Of a stretch of 63,021 nt of DNA, positions 38,486 to 46,768 are shown piece after piece. The notes beneath the pieces were generated by a model, which saw only the letters and a list, made by a program, of their open reading frames with translations, was not told the DNA's origin and ran no database searches. The stretch's first letter is position 1. Each line of letters opens with the position of its first letter. This DNA is from a virus (taxonomy: Duplodnaviria > Caudoviricetes): IMG/VR virus record IMGVR_UViG_3300037518_000374, positions 1-63,021 of that record; one strand, 5' to 3'. The position numbers were made by a program, and so were the translations under genes.

Positions 38486-38689
38486 ATGGCGATGACACCG
38501 AAAGACTGGGCCTACACCGCACTGGAACCGGCGACACGAAGAGCCGAGGCTGAAGAGCGCGCCACTGGAGAGCGGCGATACGTGGTTCGATCGACTCCCG
38601 ACAATGGTGAGCGATGGTTTTATGAGGTGGTGTCGAGAATGCCCCTTGTCGGCGAGTGGTACGACTCTCATGGCATCCGGCACGGTTGA
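38486..38689 (+). CDS. early hypothetical protein
   Basis: GGAGGA RBS, 67 aa. Confidence 0.55.
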   Translation: MAMTPKDWAYTALEPATRRAEAEERATGERRYVVRSTPDNGERWFYEVVSRMPLVGEWYDSHGIRHG

Positions 38690-38769
38690 CCTCGCCGGCG
38701 AGCGCCCCGCGGGGCGCCAGCCGATGCGGTCACGGTGGCCGGCAGGTTGCCCCGATGGGGCAGGGAGGA

Positions 38770-39099
38770 ATGACGATGACGACGGCTACGAACAAAGACC
38801 TGATGGCAAAGATCGAAGAAGTGGCGGCGGCAATCCAAGAATCGGTCAACGCATACTTCGCGAACCGATTCCCGTCTCTGACTCCAGACAAGGTGAATAT
38901 CAGGGGGCGCTCTAAGTTTGTTGCGATTGACATCGGCACGAGCGGCGCCTTTCTGGTCGAAAAGGCCACCGGTGAGTTGTTCAACATACAGGCGTATGGC
39001 CGCCCCGACCGGAACAAGAAGCGCAAGGCAGACATCGGCAACGTCTACACCGTGGACGGTTCGACGCTGTTCGCCAAACGTTACAACAGCCTGCGCTGA
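38770..39099 (+). CDS. early hypothetical protein
   Basis: Hairpin plus GGAGGA leader; SGAFLVEKATGELFNIQAYGRP. Confidence 0.65.
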   Translation: MTMTTATNKDLMAKIEEVAAAIQESVNAYFANRFPSLTPDKVNIRGRSKFVAIDIGTSGAFLVEKATGELFNIQAYGRPDRNKKRKADIGNVYTVDGSTLFAKRYNSLR

Positions 39100-39250
39100 C
39101 CTCCAGCCCGGTTCGGGTGGGCCTGCGGGCCTGCCCGGGCCGGGCGCCTTGGGGCCGCTCCTGCGGGAGCTGCCCCCGCTGGGAGCCCGCGTAGGGCTCC
39201 GGCCGGGCGCCGGGCGGCGTGGCGCAGGTTGCCCCGATGGGGCGGGAGGA

Positions 39251-39553
39251 ATGACGATGACGACCAAGACCAAGACGGCAGCAAAGCACACGCCGGGTCC
39301 GTGGAGGGTTGCGACATTCGATGACCAACTGGAGGTGATACGCGACTTCGCGCAGTCGATCTGCAGCATGTGCCGAACCGACGGCGGGGCGAACGCCCGG
39401 CTGATTGCGGCCGCGCCGGAGCTGGCGGAGGCGTGCCGACGGCTGACGAAGGCCCAGCCCTGCAACTGCCGATCGGTCAAGGTCGTAGCGGGGCCAGACG
39501 CGGTATGTGACTCGTGTTTCGGCCTTGCCGCGCTCGAGAAGGCCGGTATCTGA
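39251..39553 (+). CDS. phage protein of the HTPGPW / NARLIAAAPEL family
   Basis: Both motifs present; hairpin plus GGAGGA leader. Confidence 0.7.
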   Translation: MTMTTKTKTAAKHTPGPWRVATFDDQLEVIRDFAQSICSMCRTDGGANARLIAAAPELAEACRRLTKAQPCNCRSVKVVAGPDAVCDSCFGLAALEKAGI

Positions 39554-39638
39554 TCCTCCTGCCCGGGCCGGTGCGGGCGTGGATTGCCCGCCCGGCTCGG
39601 GCGCCTTTTGACCGCCCCAATGGGGCTGGGAGAACACA

Positions 39639-40202
39639 ATGAAAACCGACACACTGTGCACCGGCCCGATCCCGCCGCACCTGGCGCAGTACGGGTGGTA
39701 CGCGCCACATCAGGCGTGGCTGCGCGACCGGGGCCACAAGCACCATGACCCTGGTGCGGCGGACCCAATCCGGGCGAACCTGAGCTGGTCGAACCTGAGC
39801 GAGACGAACCTGAGCGGGTCGGACCTGAGCGAGACGAACCTGAGCGGGTCGAACCTGAGCGGGTCGAACCTGAGCGAGACGAACCTGAGCTGGTCGGACC
39901 TGAGCGGGTCGGACCTGAGCGAGACGAACCTGAGCGGGTCGAACCTGAGCGGGTCGAACCTGAGCGGGTCGGACCTGATCCGGGCGGACCTGAGCGGGAC
40001 GAACCTGAGCGGGTCGAACCTGAGCGAGACGAACCTGAGCGGGTCGAACCTGAGCGGGACATCGTTCTGCGGCGCCTGCATCGACGGCGCAATCCTGGAC
40101 CCGGACGCCCTGTGTGGCCCGGGCCACATACTCTGTGCACTCACGGACGCTGAGTGGGCACTGATTCAGAGCGGGCGCAACGAACAGGAGAACTCGAAAT
40201 GA
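39639..40202 (+). CDS. pentapeptide repeat protein
   Basis: Tandem (S/T/A)(N/D)LS(G/E/W) repeats; 15-bp DNA periodicity at 39774-40058. Confidence 0.9.
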   Translation: MKTDTLCTGPIPPHLAQYGWYAPHQAWLRDRGHKHHDPGAADPIRANLSWSNLSETNLSGSDLSETNLSGSNLSGSNLSETNLSWSDLSGSDLSETNLSGSNLSGSNLSGSDLIRADLSGTNLSGSNLSETNLSGSNLSGTSFCGACIDGAILDPDALCGPGHILCALTDAEWALIQSGRNEQENSK

Positions 40203-40429
40203 GCGGCCCACACCACCCCTACATGTATCTCGGTGACGGCGTCTACGCCACCTACGACGGATACCAGATCGTGCTCGACCTGCGCGGACAGGACAGCACC
40301 ACCAAAATCGCGATGGAGCCGGCCGTATTCGAGGAGCTGGTCCGCTTCGCCTGCCGATTCTGGTCGGCCGACTCGATCATCGACGTGGCGAGATCGACCC
40401 CGCCCCGCCCCAAAGGAGACAGGACATGA
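40199..40429 (+). CDS. phage hypothetical protein (YLGDGVYA family)
   Basis: ATGA-coupled; conserved-looking motif. Confidence 0.65.
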   Translation: MSGPHHPYMYLGDGVYATYDGYQIVLDLRGQDSTTKIAMEPAVFEELVRFACRFWSADSIIDVARSTPPRPKGDRT

Positions 40430-40560
40430 GCGAGAAACGTAACCCAATCGTGCGGGGCGGGCAGGGCCGCAGCGAGCAAGAGCTGATCGATCAGGCCGTC
40501 GTGCTGATGGCGTGCGCAGTGCTGGCGGTGCTGTGCCTGCTGGTGGAGGTGCTGACATGA
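40426..40560 (+). CDS. small membrane protein
   Basis: 44 aa, AAGGAG RBS, C-terminal hydrophobic helix, coupled at both ends. Confidence 0.5.
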   Translation: MSEKRNPIVRGGQGRSEQELIDQAVVLMACAVLAVLCLLVEVLT

Positions 40561-41210
40561 CGGGCTACAAGCTCACAGACCAACACGCCCAAACCCACGG
40601 CGGCCTCCAGTGGGGGGCGGGCATCACGCACGAAACCGACGGATCGGGCGAGCTGTGCGGCCCGGGCTGGCTGCACTTCTACAGCGATCCGGTCGTGGCC
40701 GTCATGCTGAATCCGATCCACGCCAACTTCCCCGAACCCCGGCTATGGCGCTGCGAGGTCGGGGCCGTGCAGAAACACGACCACGGACTGAAATACGGCA
40801 CAACCAGCCTTACGACCATAGAGGAGATTCCGCTACCGGTCGTCACTACCACGCAGCGTGTCCGCTTCGCGATCCTGTGCGCCAAACAGGTCTACACCGA
40901 TCCCGCATGGAATCAGTGGGCCGATGACTGGCTCTCCGGCCGAGACCGATCATCGGCGCGGGCGCGGGCGGAGGCGCGGGCGGGGGCGGGGGCGGGGGCA
41001 CGGGCGGCCGCGCGGGCGGCGGCACGGGCGGCTATGGAGGCGGCGGCGCGGGCGGCTATGGAGGCGGCGGAGGCGGCGCGGGAGGCGGCGGAGGCGGCTA
41101 TGGATGCGGCGGAGGCGGCGGAGGCGGCTATGGGGGCGGCGGCCCACGGCCGCACCCTCGACCTGGCGGCGCTGGCCGAAAAGGCCATGCGCGAGGAGGT
41201 GCTGACGTGA
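40557..41210 (+). CDS. phage protein with Ala-rich low-complexity tail
   Basis: YKLTD..T, LCGPGWLHFY, WNQWADDWLSG, AAxAA repeats. Confidence 0.7.
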   Translation: MTGYKLTDQHAQTHGGLQWGAGITHETDGSGELCGPGWLHFYSDPVVAVMLNPIHANFPEPRLWRCEVGAVQKHDHGLKYGTTSLTTIEEIPLPVVTTTQRVRFAILCAKQVYTDPAWNQWADDWLSGRDRSSARARAEARAGAGAGARAAARAAARAAMEAAARAAMEAAEAAREAAEAAMDAAEAAEAAMGAAAHGRTLDLAALAEKAMREEVLT

Positions 41211-41590
41211 TTACCCCCGAGATGATTGCCGCGGCAGCTTGCCTAACACTCGCCACCGTGGGCGTCGTCCACCTCGCGTTGTCGGTCCTGCGCTTTTTCG
41301 GACGGCTCGGACGCGCGATAGGCCGCAGCGCCCCCCGCGTGGCTCGTGATCCGCAACCCGCCCGAGCACGCCGTCGGGTCGTGGCGAGCGTCACGGCTAC
41401 GACGCCAACGCTCCCAACCGCCATCGACACACCGACCCTCACGCCCGAGCAGCAGGACGCGGTAGTGGTCCTGACCAAACTCGGCGAGCACAAGGGGCGG
41501 GCCGAGGACGTGCTGCGTCACGTGGTGGGGCGTCCCGATGTCCAGACGGTTGAGCAATGGGTTGAGCTGTACTACCAGCTCAGACCGTAG
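41207..41590 (+). CDS. TM-anchored protein with RuvA-C/UBA-like C-terminal helices
   Basis: DAVVVLTKLGEHKGRAEDVL...TVEQWV resembles RuvA domain III. Confidence 0.5.
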   Translation: MITPEMIAAAACLTLATVGVVHLALSVLRFFGRLGRAIGRSAPRVARDPQPARARRRVVASVTATTPTLPTAIDTPTLTPEQQDAVVVLTKLGEHKGRAEDVLRHVVGRPDVQTVEQWVELYYQLRP

Positions 41591-41618
41591 GTGCCCCGAT
41601 GGGGCAGGGAGAATAACG

Positions 41619-43280
41619 ATGGTGATTTGGACCTACGGGGCCAAGGCCCCGAAACTCGGCGGAGAATCGATCAGCGATCAGATGCGGATGGCCCACCGGT
41701 ATCGCAACACGCTCGTCGAGATCGAGTTGCGGCGGCGCGAACGGGCGAGTCAGATCATCCGCCAGCAGTGTCCCGAGGTGCTGGAGATCGACGACGCGAT
41801 CTCACGCCTCGATGACCAGATCGACACCGCCGCCGCCGCCGTCAGGACGGCGAACCAGTCGGCCCGCTCCCGGACCGTGACGGCGGAGCAACGGTCCGAG
41901 ATCAAGGCCCTGCGCGCAGAGCGCAAACCGCTGTACGCGAGGCGCAAACTACTGCGAGCAGAACAGTTCGGGGAGGGCTCGATTTCCCGCGCGCTCCTCG
42001 ACGGGGCCGACGCCGAGTCGGTCGCCGAAGTCAAGGCCGCGCGGGCGGCGTGCGGGTGCTACTGGGGGACCTACCTGCTGATCGAGGCGGCGGCCAAGCA
42101 GTTCCGCAAGGGCACGCCCCCACGATTCACTTCGTATCGCGGATACGGGCGCGTGGGGGTCCAGTTCCAGGGCGGGCTGCCGTTCGGCGCCGCACTGAGC
42201 GGCGCGGATAAGCGGCTCCAGCTCGTGCCCACGAACAATCCGCGGTGGCGAACCTGCCGAATGAGGATCGGCAGCAACGCCGACCGCTCGCCAATCTGGG
42301 CCGAGTGCCCCGTCAGGCTGCATCGCCAGCCGCCGGACGGCGCGGTGATCAAGTGGGCATGGCTCAAACGTACACCGCGAGGCCCGAACCGCCGTATTGA
42401 CGAGTGGTCGCTCCAGGTGGTGCTGGACGGTGTTCAGCCGCTCGCCGAGCAGCGGCCCGGACCCGGATTCGGCGCGGTCGCGGTCGATGTGGGGTGGCGA
42501 TGGCTGGGCGATCGGCTCCGCGTGGCCTACTGGGTCGGGCTCGACGGCCGGTGCGGCGAGCTGGCGATCGGCGAGCACGACCTGGATCGGTGGCTCTATG
42601 CCGACGTACTCCAATCTGAACAGGATCGTCGGTTCGACGCGATGCGCGCGCACATCATCGCGTGGCGCGAGCGGGTGGGGCCGGCGATGCCGGACTGGCT
42701 CGCCGAAGCGTTCGCCACGTTGCCCAAGTGGCGCTCGACTGGACGACTGGCCGCACTCTGCCGGCGGTGGGGGCAGGAGCGGGTCGATGGTGATGCCGAG
42801 CTGATGCCGGTACTCGATGAGTGGATGAAGCGAGACTGTCGCCTCCACACCGAGCGGTCGTGCCTGCTGAAGAAGGCGGCGCGATGGCGAGAGGACCTAT
42901 ACCGCCAGTTCGCTGCCGACCTGCAGAACCGATACCAGACCCTACTGGTCGAGGACGCCGACTGGCGTGACCTCTTGCGCGCACCGGACGTGACGGACGA
43001 GGACGAGACCAATCGGCGCCGCCGGTACGCCCGAATTGCGTCGCCCGGCATGATGCGTCAGATTCTACGTGCGTGCGGGCGTGCGGTGAAGCTCGCGAGC
43101 GAGTACACTACGCAGCGATGTGGTGCGTGCGGAGAAATAGAGGCGTTCGACGCGGCGGAGAATCTCGTGCACACATGCCGGCATTGTGGCGCGCGATGGG
43201 ATCAGGACGAGAATGCGTGCCGGATCATGCTGGGACTGCATTCCGGCGAGTTGGCCCCGGCGAGCGGACCGGTGGCCTGA
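41619..43280 (+). CDS. cas12m: miniature type V CRISPR effector, Cas12m (V-U1)-like, 553 aa
   Basis: AHRYRNTLVEIE, long coiled coil, YWGTY, VGVQFQ, RLHRQPP, AVDVGWR (RuvC-I D290), LVED (E445), IASPGMMR, CxxC...CxxC, WDQDENA (D530); adjacent to a CRISPR array. Confidence 0.8.
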   Translation: MVIWTYGAKAPKLGGESISDQMRMAHRYRNTLVEIELRRRERASQIIRQQCPEVLEIDDAISRLDDQIDTAAAAVRTANQSARSRTVTAEQRSEIKALRAERKPLYARRKLLRAEQFGEGSISRALLDGADAESVAEVKAARAACGCYWGTYLLIEAAAKQFRKGTPPRFTSYRGYGRVGVQFQGGLPFGAALSGADKRLQLVPTNNPRWRTCRMRIGSNADRSPIWAECPVRLHRQPPDGAVIKWAWLKRTPRGPNRRIDEWSLQVVLDGVQPLAEQRPGPGFGAVAVDVGWRWLGDRLRVAYWVGLDGRCGELAIGEHDLDRWLYADVLQSEQDRRFDAMRAHIIAWRERVGPAMPDWLAEAFATLPKWRSTGRLAALCRRWGQERVDGDAELMPVLDEWMKRDCRLHTERSCLLKKAARWREDLYRQFAADLQNRYQTLLVEDADWRDLLRAPDVTDEDETNRRRRYARIASPGMMRQILRACGRAVKLASEYTTQRCGACGEIEAFDAAENLVHTCRHCGARWDQDENACRIMLGLHSGELAPASGPVA

Positions 43281-43428
43281 GAATCGCGGTACCCGCTCGA
43301 TATCACGTGGTGACAATGGGATACGGCGTTTTCGGGGTGGGGCTCGGGTGATGGAAATTAGAACAAACAGGGACCGCTCGAAACGTACCGCGCAACTGTC
43401 TGCCGAATCGCGGATTGCGACGCGGGCC
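43281..43428 (+). promoter_or_regulatory. CRISPR leader
   Basis: Non-coding gap between the cas stop and repeat 1; CCGCTCGA occurs twice. Confidence 0.55.
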
Positions 43429-44779
43429 GTCTCGGCCCGTGCGCAGACGGGGATACTCTGCGACAAAACCATCCCATCCTTGATGCGGACTGACTCGCCT
43501 GTCTCGGCCCGTGCGCAGGCGGGAATACCCTGCGACTGCCGGTGCCAAGGCAGGAGGACTACGGCGCTGACTTCGTCTCGGCCCGTGCGCAGGCGGGAAT
43601 ACCCTGCGACTCATCGCGCACCCCCGCGCACGCTGCGGACGGCCGGGTCTCGGCCCGTGCGCAGGCGGGAATACCCTGCGACTTCGCCGCCAGATCACGG
43701 CGCACGACCTCGGGCTTCGTCTCGGCCCGTGCGCAGGCGGGGATGCTCTGCGACGACCGCAAAGTGGTGCTCCGCTTCAAGGAGCGTCTCAGCCCGTGCG
43801 CAGACGGGGATGCGCTGCGACGCCCTGGGCGTGGTCGGCAAACTGCCGGCTGTCCGATGTCTCAGCCCGTGCGCAGGCGGGAATACCCTGCGACTACCCC
43901 GGGTGCTTGTCGAAGGGCGTTTGTCGCAGAGTCTCGGCCCGTGCGCAGGCGGGAATACCCTGCGACGCCTGGTCGGTCGTCTCAGCCCGTGCGCAGACGG
44001 GTATGCTCTGCGACGATCGCATCGGTGTACGCCCGGAGGAACGAGCCGTGTCTCAGCCCGTGCGCAGGCGGGGATACTCTGCGACGGTCAAGGTGGCCTT
44101 GCCGTCGATCTTCAAGGTGAACGTCTCAGCCCGTGCGCAGGCGGGGATACCCTGCGACCGACGATTCGCAGGTGTCGCAGAGTATCCCCGTCTGGTCTCG
44201 GCCCGTGCGCAGACGGGTTTGCTCTGCGACGCACTCAGCGCGATTCGTTCCACGGTATCTGCTGCGTCTCGGCCCGTGCGCAGGCGGGAATACCCTGCGA
44301 CGCCTGGTCGGTCGTCTCAGCCCGTGCGCAGGCGGGGATACTCTGCGACGGCCAAAGCCCTGCTCTCCGGCGCTTCGTCGTCTCGTCTCGGCCCGTGCGC
44401 AGACGGGGATGCTCTGCGACGCCTTCCAGCAATTCCATCCAATTCAAGCTGCTGGCAGTCTCAGCCCGTGCGCAGACGGGGATGCTCTGCGACGCCTTCC
44501 AGCAATTCCATCCAATTCAAGCTGCTGGCAGTCTCAGCCCGTGCGCAGGCGGGGATACTCTGCGACGAGTCGGGCCGGGGCCGCGTATCCATTGTCTCTT
44601 GGTCTCGGCCCGTGCGCAGACGGCAATACTCTGCGACCGGCACGGTTGGGGGCGATCCCTTCGACCCCGTCAGTCTCAGCCCGTGCGCAGACGGCAATAC
44701 TCTGCGACGAGTCGCCCCGGGGCCGCATACTTATTGTCCTTGGGTCTCAGCCCGTGCGCAGACGGGGATGCTCTGCGAC
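43429..44779 (+). CRISPR. CRISPR array, 20 x 36-bp repeats, 19 spacers
   Basis: Repeat 1 is GTCTCGGCCCGTGCGCAGACGGGGATACTCTGCGAC, with variants at seven positions; spacers 31-38 nt except two of 12 nt; spacer 15 = 16 and 8 = 13. Confidence 0.98.
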
Positions 44780-44815
44780 TTCCAGTGGGTCTGCGGCCCG
44801 CCGCCGGACGAATGG

Positions 44816-45121
44816 TCACGCCGGGGGGTCCTGCACCGCCGGCAGCACCACCGCCCGCGTCCCCCACGACTCACAGGACGGGCAAAAAGCATGCTGCCCG
44901 AACACCGCCCCGCCGTGCGCCAGCACGAACCGCCCCCCGCAGTGCTCACAAATGCGGGTCTCGTGAGTGCCGCTCAGGCTCGATACGACCGCATCCCATT
45001 CGATCGCTGGGCGTTCCGCCGCGTGGCACCGGTGGCAGAGCCCGATGGTCGTGTTGGGTGTGGACCGCCCGCACTGTCGGCATTCGGTCGTGGGGCGTGG
45101 CCCTCGTCTGATCGGCATCAC
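44816..45121 (-). CDS. multi-zinc-finger small protein
   Basis: Four CxxC pairs; converges on the CRISPR array. Confidence 0.6.
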   Translation of the reverse strand: MMPIRRGPRPTTECRQCGRSTPNTTIGLCHRCHAAERPAIEWDAVVSSLSGTHETRICEHCGGRFVLAHGGAVFGQHAFCPSCESWGTRAVVLPAVQDPPA

Positions 45122-45474
45122 GCCCTCTCCGCCGAACGCGCGACCGTCCAGTCCTTCAGCGGCCATTCGCCGACGCTACGCAACCACCCAACCAGCGACT
45201 CGGATAGCAGAACATCCAGCTCTTGCGTCGCCTCGACATCGAAATGGTGATACGTGAGGCAGTCGTCCAGTCTCATCGCGACGTGATCGAGCACCGCGTG
45301 ACCCAGCCCGCGTCGGATGTCCGCCACCTCGACCTCCACCACCTGATCGAGCCAGACCTCGCCCGGCCCCTCCTGGTGGGCCGCCTCGACGGCCTCGTGT
45401 TTGGTGCGGAATCGTCCGTGCCAGTCCTCGGAATCTGTGCTCCTCGCCCATGCCCAATCGCCGGTCGGTCTCAT
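45118..45474 (-). CDS. phage hypothetical protein
   Basis: WHGRFRTKHEAV motif; coupled. Confidence 0.6.
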   Translation of the reverse strand: MRPTGDWAWARSTDSEDWHGRFRTKHEAVEAAHQEGPGEVWLDQVVEVEVADIRRGLGHAVLDHVAMRLDDCLTYHHFDVEATQELDVLLSESLVGWLRSVGEWPLKDWTVARSAERA

Positions 45475-46247
45475 TGTGTCGCCTCCTCTTCGTACATCAT
45501 GGATTGCGTCTCTGCGGGCGCGGCGGGCGGCGGGCTGAACGGCAGCACGTCCTGGGCGAGTCGCCGGGCCGCGATCTCGCAGTAGCGCTCTTCGATCTCG
45601 ATGCCGATCCCGGAACGCCCCAACAATTTAGCCGCAATCAATATCGAGCCAACACCCATGAACGGGTCCAACACTCTCGCACCAGAATCAGATGAGTTAC
45701 GGATTATCGGCGAACATACCGATGGTGGTTTTTCTGTCGGATGCACCTTCTTGGATATGCCAGATGCACGGACAATATCCCCCATTTCCAAACACCGCAG
45801 CTTGTGTTTCTGGTTCGGGCAGTAGGCAATCCATTCGTGCGTGCGTCTCCATGCGTAACCCATTCCAATCTTCTGTTTGTCCCACACGATCACATTGCGC
45901 GGACGCAACCTGTAGTTTATCTCAATCCCGCTCTTAACATCAGTGAATACGTAAAGTGCACCGGTGTTGCGCAGCAGTTTTCGGCACTCCGCCCAAACGA
46001 AATCAAGATCGTCAAACGACATGGTTCCGAACCACGGCATGCCATCGGCAGCGGCCAATCGCTTCCCGTTGAATCTGTCGCGTGAAACCAGTCTTGTCGT
46101 GCTTCCCCAACTAACATCGACATCAAGAGACTGATACGGCGGGTCCGTAAGTACGAGGTCGATCGAATCCCGCTCCAGCGCCGGCAACACCTCGCGGGCA
46201 TCGCCGTGGTAAATCGTGATCCCGGCATTGTCATAATAGAGGCTCAC
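45471..46247 (-). CDS. N6-adenine/N4-cytosine DNA methyltransferase (beta class)
   Basis: LTDPPY, HPTEKP, VLDPFMGVGS. Confidence 0.9.
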   Translation of the reverse strand: MSLYYDNAGITIYHGDAREVLPALERDSIDLVLTDPPYQSLDVDVSWGSTTRLVSRDRFNGKRLAAADGMPWFGTMSFDDLDFVWAECRKLLRNTGALYVFTDVKSGIEINYRLRPRNVIVWDKQKIGMGYAWRRTHEWIAYCPNQKHKLRCLEMGDIVRASGISKKVHPTEKPPSVCSPIIRNSSDSGARVLDPFMGVGSILIAAKLLGRSGIGIEIEERYCEIAARRLAQDVLPFSPPPAAPAETQSMMYEEEATQ

Positions 46248-46768
46248 AAACCACCCCCAGCGCGCTCCAACACCCACCGCTGAATCGCAATCGCGTCCTG
46301 CTCGAACGGATGCAGATGCCCGCGCCCCGCCGCCCAGTCCCGCAGCGGCGGCATCGCGACCCCCTCCCGCTCCTGCACGACGTGCCACACCTCGTGGCAC
46401 ATCGCCGCCACGCCGGCGGGGCTTCGGTCAAGGCACTCGCGGCACCCAGGCCCCCGCTCGTGGCCGAGCTGGCCGGGACTGAGCAGCAGCGTGCCGCCCA
46501 GCACGAAGTAGGGGCTGGGACCGCCCACACGCAGGCTGAGCTTGCCCAGCGTCGCGATCCGTGGATCCAGCGCGGCCGGCACGGGGCAGATGTCGCGCTC
46601 CGCCAGACCGTGGGCGCGGCAGTACAGGTCGATCCAGCGTTCCGTTTCGTCGCACAGGTCGGGCGGGAGCTGGCCGTACTGCCGGACGTGCTGCTCGGCC
46701 GCGTTGTAGGCCGGCTGGGGTCCGTTGCATGCGGCCAGCAGCAGTAGGATCGGGGCGGCGCGGTTCAT
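46244..46768 (-). CDS. lipoprotein with HExxH zincin-like motif
   Basis: Lipobox LAAC; HEVWHVVQ ... HPFEQDA. Confidence 0.65.
   Translation of the reverse strand: MNRAAPILLLLAACNGPQPAYNAAEQHVRQYGQLPPDLCDETERWIDLYCRAHGLAERDICPVPAALDPRIATLGKLSLRVGGPSPYFVLGGTLLLSPGQLGHERGPGCRECLDRSPAGVAAMCHEVWHVVQEREGVAMPPLRDWAAGRGHLHPFEQDAIAIQRWVLERAGGGL

Noticed and set aside
39774-40058. 15-bp tandem repeats as a second CRISPR or VNTR
   Set aside because: No spacers; fully explained by pentapeptide coding.
41619-43280. IS605/IS607 TnpB transposon
   Set aside because: No tnpA or IS ends seen; the protein is larger than typical TnpB, has Cas12m-like motifs and abuts a CRISPR array.
43683-43718. Spacer 4 partial match to the giant virion gene near 7585-7605 (PEVVRR)
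   Set aside because: Only about 16/20 identity, in the spacer 3' half, with no seed match. No convincing self-target was found by eye, but the search was not exhaustive.
43186-45250. Long ORFs (641 aa, 484 aa and others) across the CRISPR array
   Set aside because: They translate the repeats (VSARAQAG...) and are artefacts of stop-free GC-rich repeats.
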